Positions 26,147 to 32,241 of a DNA stretch of 32,241 bases are shown in pieces. The number at the start of each line of letters is the position of its first letter. Within the stretch, counting starts at the first letter, position 1. The stretch is from Elusimicrobiota bacterium (lineage in GTDB: Bacteria > Elusimicrobiota > Elusimicrobia > F11). Where the stretch lies: assembly GCA_046153645.1 (NCBI GenBank), contig JBJXGI010000049.1, positions 1 to 32,241 of the forward strand, given 5' to 3'. Position numbers and translations under genes: made by a program. Below the pieces are notes generated by a model. It was not told the DNA's origin and searched no databases. It was given only the letters and a program-made list of their open reading frames with translations.

Positions 26147-29100
26147 ATGAAAAAAACAATTTTACTTTTAACCATCCTTTATGGAATGAACATCATTCTC
26201 TCCCCACTGGCTCAAGCAAGTATCTGGGGTGATCGCAGGAAAGCCCTTGAGTCTAAGGAAAAACCTGTCCTCTTGGCAGCCGTTCCAACGCAACACTCCG
26301 ATATTCGTTTTCCCGGAATCAACTTCAATCAACCACAATCAAATAGCTTAACTGCACTTATAAATAATAATGGAAAGAACAATAATATCCCCGCTAACTC
26401 AAAAAACATAATTGGAATTATTGCCCGCAATAAAGGCTTAGTAAAAGAAACATTTTTCCCAAGACAACGAAATTCTTCTCCCATACTCATTATTCAAGAT
26501 GTGCATTTGAATAATGAGGCCCAAGAAAATATTTCCAACATCCTCCAAGAGCTCATTTCAAAGGAAGAAATTGATTCAGTTTCAGTTGAAGGCGTAGAAG
26601 GCCCTTTTGATGTTGAGAGGTTCCAAGCTTTCCCCAATAAAGACCTTATTTATCAAGCCAGTAAAGATTTCATGGTTAAAAACCTTATTAACGCTCCCTC
26701 TTTTGTCGCGATAAACAATCAAAACCTCGATTTACATTTTCAAGGCGTGGATGATAATAACCACTACAAAAAGAATATTTTGGCTTATAAAAATTCAATC
26801 AAAAATAAATCGCAACTCACTTCTGAAATTAACAGCTTCACGGAGACATTAATAGAGAAAAAAGCATTAACCTCACCTGAACTGCAACAAATCTTCAAAT
26901 TAAGAGAACAATATGAGAAAGGAAATATTGAATGGGGAGCCTACGTTAAAGACATGGCTTCAAAAGATGAGGAACTTGATTTTTCAATAGAACAATTTCT
27001 TGGAGCTTATAACTTAGAAAAAACATTGAACTTTTCATTAGTTGATAATCAAAGAAAATTAATTCTTGAAAAATTAACAAAAAAACTATCAGATCAAGAA
27101 GTTAACTTCCTTTTTGAACTAAGCCTAGCGCATAGGGCTGGGAACATCTCATTTGGCGATTTTTTTAAATATCTACAAAACTTATGCCAATCTAAAAACA
27201 TTAATCTAAAAGCGACTCCTCAATTCGAGAAATATATTCAATATGTTTTACTAACAGACCAAATTAATCCAGATAAATTATTAACTGCGATAGAAAACCT
27301 TCAAGAAAGAGTTTTTCATCGGTTTTCTAAATCAGAAGAAGAAAAGACCATTTCCCAACTAGATCAATTTTTAATCCACCTCAATAAATTGGCATCTTTC
27401 TCTCTGACTCCACAAGAATGGATTTCTTATAAAGATTTAAAGAAAAAAATTGAGCAGAAAAATATTATCCCCAAATTCAATATCGCTGAGAACGAACAAT
27501 TTTATATTGAAGCAGACATAAGATCCGAAAAAATGTTAACTAAAGTTCTCTCTTTTAGACAAAGAAAACCAATCGTCCTTATTACTGGTGGATTTCATAC
27601 CTTCGAAATAACAAGCACTCTTAAAAAGAAAAATATTCCTTTTATCACCATATCCCCAAAACTAGAAAAAATTGAAACACTCAATGGTTCAGAATATCTT
27701 TCAGTGTTTTCAAGCGAAAAAGCACCTTTGGAAAAGTTATTCGCGGGTGAAAAGCTATTTTTACAACCCGAATCCTCCGTGGGAGGATTCCCAGGAGGGC
27801 CACAATCGATTGTTAGGACGACTCTCATTGCTGTCATCGGCGTCCTCCACCTACTCGCTGGAATGGCCACCCCTCAAAAGACAGGAATTATTAATCATTC
27901 ATCAAAAGGGAACAACTATACAATTGTCACTGCTGGAGAAAATTCTCCACCCCAAACCTTTATCGCTAGAACAGACGCGGCACCAACTGAATCAGGAGAG
28001 TTAGAAACATCTGGAATCCGCATTCATCGCTCAACGCCTGGTGCGTGGGCAGTACTAATAGAACCCATTTTTAAATTATTCGAAAAAAATATTTTTAAAA
28101 AAATTAAACCTTCAAAACTAGCTCAATTTAAAATCGGAACTTCTGGTTTTATAGAAGGGTCTATCGCGGCTTTCGTTTTTATCACCTATAGAGATCAATT
28201 ATTGATCGCAACCAGTCTTTGGTTTATTGCCAATGCCTTCATACATCTTTTTGGTATTTATTACTGGGACACAGAAAAACAAAAATGGGTCATTAAATCA
28301 TTCATTAAATTGGGTTCTCGCCCTTCAGAAGAAGGATTTACTTCTTATCTAGGAGGAAGAATACATGTCAATTTCTCAACAAATTTCTTCCAAGATTATT
28401 GGATAGCCATATTTAAATCTTCAACAAGCTTACTTGGATTTATTTATGCACTTTTCAGTGGAAATGTATTTATGATTCTTTTCTTAAGCATTGTTCCCCA
28501 CGTCTCTTCCGCTTATTCAAATCTCTATGAAAGAGAAACAAAACGCAGACGCGCCGTTGACGAATTGGCGGACAAGATGGATAAATACGAAAAACTTTTA
28601 GATGCCATTAATCAAAATAAACTAGGAAATACAAGCGCTTTCGATCAAAAAATTTCTCTTACAGGTGAGACAGATAGCGAATTACAAAGTCTTCTTAATG
28701 AATATTCGGTAGCGCAGCTTCTCCATCTCAAAAAAGCTCCTTTCGAGAAAATGAGACTCATTCGTTTTTCTAGACCTGGAACAACCTACGACGGAGAAGG
28801 CCCCGGTATTAAAACACTCAATGACACAATTGGGTTTAATGCCAACGATCAAGTCATCGATTGGACCATGAATTTTTTATATGAAGAATTGACGCGTGAA
28901 TTGCGTACCCAAGGACTTCTTTCAGATTCTGCCGGCTTCATTAAACTAGCAGTCGAATCAAAAGGGATTGTGGTTGCCGTCCCAGATGATGGACGTATTT
29001 CTGAACAACAATATATAGAGTTGGCTAAAAAAGTCACAGAAAATGTATCAGCAAGAATGATAAGTGAATTAACTAAGAAAAGAAATGGGGATCAAAACAA

Positions 29101-32100
29101 TCGCAGCAATGAAGCCATTGTAAGCCTAGTACAACTTTTTCAAAAAGAAGGAAAACTACCTGAAGAATTAACATTCCCTCTTTATTTTGGCATGAGTGAA
29201 CAATTCAATTCTTCTAAACTTACTGCGGAAGAGCTGGTTGTAAAAGCGGCAACAACAATGACTGCCGCAAATTTATACAGAGCATTAAAAATCGTTTTTC
29301 CAGAATTAGAAGATTCAAGCCAATATTCGTTATTTTCACAAAATTCAATGGCTTTTCTGAAAGAGGAATATCGCAAAACAATCGACGAATTAATCAACCT
29401 AAAAGCAGGTAGCATAAAAAATGGTTCTTATTTTTCATTAGATGTCCCAATAAAAAATGGCTCTAACGCCAGTAAAAGAGAAATACTCAAAAAACACTTT
29501 AAAGATCCCCAAACAATAGAAAGAATCATTTTTCTCATTAATAAAGAAGGCTTGTTAAAAAATGCTTTTGACTTTCAAACTCCTTGGGTTGGAAGCAATC
29601 AGAAAGAAGAAATTATCGAACAAGCCATCAAATTAGAAAAATATATTGGAAACACAAAAGAACTGACCATCGATGAAATAGTAGAACTAAGGTCGCTTTT
29701 ACTACGACATCCACGTTTTACAGAGATGGGATCAAAAGCGGGCTATTTTGGTGAAACGGTTACTGATAATCCTCTTTCAGAAGAAGAGAAAAATAACCCG
29801 AGAACTGCATACCTATTTATCGATGCTCGAGGTTTTGGCGATCGAATAAAAGTAAATTTAGCGCAAACAGCTTATCTTATAGCTGAACAATCCCCTGAAA
29901 ATATTTTAGATGCTTATGCTTCTGCCATGTTAACCCTCGGAGATGGAACTCTTAATCCTTTTGCCGCCATGTTTACCGAAATAAAACAATATATTGACGA
30001 TTATGTAGCAACTCAAGATAGCCCCGCACAAAATTATTTTGGTGGTGACGATAATGCTTTTGCAGTTCCATTATCAGGAGTTTATACAGAAGATGCAAAA
30101 GAACTAAAACCGGGTTTGATTGAAGAAATTTTCAAAATTACTCAAAAACATGGTTTTCCAATAAGAATGTTAGCTACAAGTACTTTACCCTATTTATCAC
30201 GAACCAGAGCCGAAGACACACCGAATAAAAAGAAAGCACTGGCCATTAGTCTCTTAGACATACTAACGGATGTTTCTAAGGGCATCGAAAAAAATAACGC
30301 TATCTTTGAGGAAAAAGTGGAGCAAGCTGTTGTATACGCCGACGGAGTAGAAGCTTTTTATGCGCGAGGGATAAAATTAGAAAAAAATAATTTAATTTAC
30401 AATGATCCCGTTCTTATAAAACCGGGGCAAGAATTCACCAACTCAATATTTGTGAGAGCAATAACTAGAATAAAGTCATTATTATCAAAAACAATTTTAG
30501 GTGATCGCTCAAACCCAAATAGAAAGTTAGGTAGATTTTTTGAATGGACCGGGTCTTTAAGTTTTATTGCCACCGGATTTAACACAATCATTATTTATTC
30601 TTTTCACTACGCACTTTCATATGTATTGGGTCAAATTTTTAATCTTAATGCTTTTTTAATTTTCATCTCTATCCCCCCTGTTCTTATTGTTTGGCTACTT
30701 ACACCAATACAGAAATTTCTTCAAGGCCCCCCAAGCACTGTCACAACAATGAAAGAATATTCTAAAAACAATCTTATTTCTCGAATAAAGGTTAATGCTC
30801 GCTATGCAATACTGGGAGAAATACCAGGGGAGAAAAGGCCTACCATTAAATTAACCAAAATTATTTCCAATATCTTTAACGGTGGTTATATTAACAAGCA
30901 TACAGACAGAATTTTCCAAAGTCTTGTCATCGCTATTTTTCATTACGTGGCTGTTCTTTCTCTGGGAATGGGCTCAACGGCAAATATAAGCGCAACCATC
31001 TTATTTTTAAACGGGTTTCTGATACTTTGGGTTAGTTTTACCAGCTGGAATATTTTAACTCTTTCTCATCTTCAAATAGGCCCTTTTACCGAGAATATTG
31101 CGGCTAAAAGAGCTCAAAGAAAACCATTTTTGTTGCCTACCTCCGAAAACGAGAAAAAATCTCTATCGGCCGTAGTCACTAATTCTGTTCCTACTCACGA
31201 CCTATTCAGAAGACAACCAACTGGCGGTCTCATTCCCATCTTATATCGGTTTTTTATTGATTCGCGATTAGTGCGAGTTATTTCGAAAGTTACGGGTTTT
31301 ACAAATGATTCAATTACAAGATATTTTGTTGTCCCCCTCATTGAACAAATTATTTTTTCTATCCCACTTATCATTCTCGCCAATCATTTGGCATTAATAG
31401 AAGGGTCTCCTATAACCAAGGCTCTTATTTATTTTTCTATTGCTCTTGTTGTGCAATTGTTATTTATCGTTGCTCATATTTTTAGATTAGATTCCACTCA
31501 ACGAGAGGGTTATTTACTTAATAATTTCGTTTATATTATTTCTGTAGCCGTCTTTAACATAATGATTGGGGCGCTATTTTTAAACCCAAATTTCTCAGAA
31601 TTCGTCTCTATTTTTATAGTGGGCTATCTTTTTCATGGAACCATTATTAATCCTATAGCAAAAGGCCAGGAAATTGCCGATTTCAATTTAAGCTTAAGTC
31701 GCCTCATTAATGCAAAAGATGAAAAAGTCTCAAAAACCCTTGAAAGAAATGGAGGGGTCAATGTTTTATATTTACCCAGTCTTCTGTCCCAAGAAATTAA
31801 GGCGGTAGAAACAATAGACGACCTCATAGAATTATCTGCGACCGGCAACACCATCGCCACTATTTTTAAAGAACAAGACCCCGATATTTATTCAAGTGTT
31901 ATTAGTTTCAATCAAATCATTCAATCCATAGAAACAATACGAACTCAAATTTCAGAACTTTCTTTAACAAAAAATTCAATGGGAAATATCACGCTGACAA
32001 GACTGAGCAGCAAATTGAATTATTTATTCTCAATATTCGAATCTTTCTTAAAAAAATCTGAAAATCATTTAGAATTAGATCAACAAATGCTCAGTAACGC

Positions 32101-32241
32101 ATACACGATTTTAAATAATAATCGTGATTTTCTAGGTGCTCGTTATGACAAATTTTTACAATTATTAAATGAGCGACCACTATTAGAACAAATGAAAAGA
32201 AAAAGCCATTCTAAAATTCTTAATCGAATTCTAAAGGTTAT
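26147..32241 (+). CDS. Giant secreted/membrane multidomain protein B (3' partial, >2030 aa)
   Basis: Manual read from ATG 26147 to the window end found no stop. It begins MKKTILLLTILYGMNIILSPLAQA-SIWGDRRK and shares the N-terminal domain with giant A. TM clusters ~28140-28510, ~30550-31070 and ~31320-31650; GGDEF/palm-like segments 28750-30300. Confidence 0.92.
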   Translation, partial: MKKTILLLTILYGMNIILSPLAQASIWGDRRKALESKEKPVLLAAVPTQHSDIRFPGINFNQPQSNSLTALINNNGKNNNIPANSKNIIGIIARNKGLVKETFFPRQRNSSPILIIQDVHLNNEAQENISNILQELISKEEIDSVSVEGVEGPFDVERFQAFPNKDLIYQASKDFMVKNLINAPSFVAINNQNLDLHFQGVDDNNHYKKNILAYKNSIKNKSQLTSEINSFTETLIEKKALTSPELQQIFKLREQYEKGNIEWGAYVKDMASKDEELDFSIEQFLGAYNLEKTLNFSLVDNQRKLILEKLTKKLSDQEVNFLFELSLAHRAGNISFGDFFKYLQNLCQSKNINLKATPQFEKYIQYVLLTDQINPDKLLTAIENLQERVFHRFSKSEEEKTISQLDQFLIHLNKLASFSLTPQEWISYKDLKKKIEQKNIIPKFNIAENEQFYIEADIRSEKMLTKVLSFRQRKPIVLITGGFHTFEITSTLKKKNIPFITISPKLEKIETLNGSEYLSVFSSEKAPLEKLFAGEKLFLQPESSVGGFPGGPQSIVRTTLIAVIGVLHLLAGMATPQKTGIINHSSKGNNYTIVTAGENSPPQTFIARTDAAPTESGELETSGIRIHRSTPGAWAVLIEPIFKLFEKNIFKKIKPSKLAQFKIGTSGFIEGSIAAFVFITYRDQLLIATSLWFIANAFIHLFGIYYWDTEKQKWVIKSFIKLGSRPSEEGFTSYLGGRIHVNFSTNFFQDYWIAIFKSSTSLLGFIYALFSGNVFMILFLSIVPHVSSAYSNLYERETKRRRAVDELADKMDKYEKLLDAINQNKLGNTSAFDQKISLTGETDSELQSLLNEYSVAQLLHLKKAPFEKMRLIRFSRPGTTYDGEGPGIKTLNDTIGFNANDQVIDWTMNFLYEELTRELRTQGLLSDSAGFIKLAVESKGIVVAVPDDGRISEQQYIELAKKVTENVSARMISELTKKRNGDQNNRSNEAIVSLVQLFQKEGKLPEELTFPLYFGMSEQFNSSKLTAEELVVKAATTMTAANLYRALKIVFPELEDSSQYSLFSQNSMAFLKEEYRKTIDELINLKAGSIKNGSYFSLDVPIKNGSNASKREILKKHFKDPQTIERIIFLINKEGLLKNAFDFQTPWVGSNQKEEIIEQAIKLEKYIGNTKELTIDEIVELRSLLLRHPRFTEMGSKAGYFGETVTDNPLSEEEKNNPRTAYLFIDARGFGDRIKVNLAQTAYLIAEQSPENILDAYASAMLTLGDGTLNPFAAMFTEIKQYIDDYVATQDSPAQNYFGGDDNAFAVPLSGVYTEDAKELKPGLIEEIFKITQKHGFPIRMLATSTLPYLSRTRAEDTPNKKKALAISLLDILTDVSKGIEKNNAIFEEKVEQAVVYADGVEAFYARGIKLEKNNLIYNDPVLIKPGQEFTNSIFVRAITRIKSLLSKTILGDRSNPNRKLGRFFEWTGSLSFIATGFNTIIIYSFHYALSYVLGQIFNLNAFLIFISIPPVLIVWLLTPIQKFLQGPPSTVTTMKEYSKNNLISRIKVNARYAILGEIPGEKRPTIKLTKIISNIFNGGYINKHTDRIFQSLVIAIFHYVAVLSLGMGSTANISATILFLNGFLILWVSFTSWNILTLSHLQIGPFTENIAAKRAQRKPFLLPTSENEKKSLSAVVTNSVPTHDLFRRQPTGGLIPILYRFFIDSRLVRVISKVTGFTNDSITRYFVVPLIEQIIFSIPLIILANHLALIEGSPITKALIYFSIALVVQLLFIVAHIFRLDSTQREGYLLNNFVYIISVAVFNIMIGALFLNPNFSEFVSIFIVGYLFHGTIINPIAKGQEIADFNLSLSRLINAKDEKVSKTLERNGGVNVLYLPSLLSQEIKAVETIDDLIELSATGNTIATIFKEQDPDIYSSVISFNQIIQSIETIRTQISELSLTKNSMGNITLTRLSSKLNYLFSIFESFLKKSENHLELDQQMLSNAYTILNNNRDFLGARYDKFLQLLNERPLLEQMKRKSHSKILNRILKV

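Noticed and set aside
28750..30300. Bona fide type III CRISPR Cas10
   Set aside because: No HD domain, Zn-finger cysteines, csm/cmr genes or array were seen, and the domain is embedded in a signal-peptide-bearing membrane protein. Kept only as Cas10-palm-like.
27595..31860. Short ORFs in the track within the right end
   Set aside because: They are shadows of giant gene B.

Overview
Bacterial chromosomal window with an AT-rich, diderm-type gene content. An Elusimicrobiota/Omnitrophota-like source is my inference from the giant-gene style and was not tested. The ORF track omits the two largest genes because both run off the window edges: a minus-strand ORF from 5373 to <1 (>1790 aa) and a plus-strand ORF from 26147 to >32241 (>2030 aa). 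I read both frames and found no stop codon. These two giants are paralogues. They share a signal peptide, an IWxDR mature N-terminus and a ~420-aa domain with IQDVHLN/VEG/DIRS/GGFH motifs (EreA/ChaN/TraB-Tiki-like by inference), then carry unrelated cargo. The left giant has in-frame palindromic DNA elements and tandem ~125-aa beta-rich repeats. The right giant has membrane segments, CPBP(Abi)-like motifs and a tandem of a degenerate GGDEF-like domain and a GGDD (Cas10-palm-like) domain. Between them lie three blocks: (1) a DUF559 endonuclease gene enclosed by direct repeats built from REP-like palindromes; (2) a housekeeping operon rpmE-prfA-prmC-murA-hisDBHAFI-trpEG; (3) a five-gene synthase-dependent exopolysaccharide locus with unusual fusions (PilZ-hyaluronan-synthase-like GT2, pseudo-deacetylase, TPR-CE4-beta-barrel, GH18, UDP-sugar dehydrogenase). 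No rRNA, tRNA or CRISPR array was seen.
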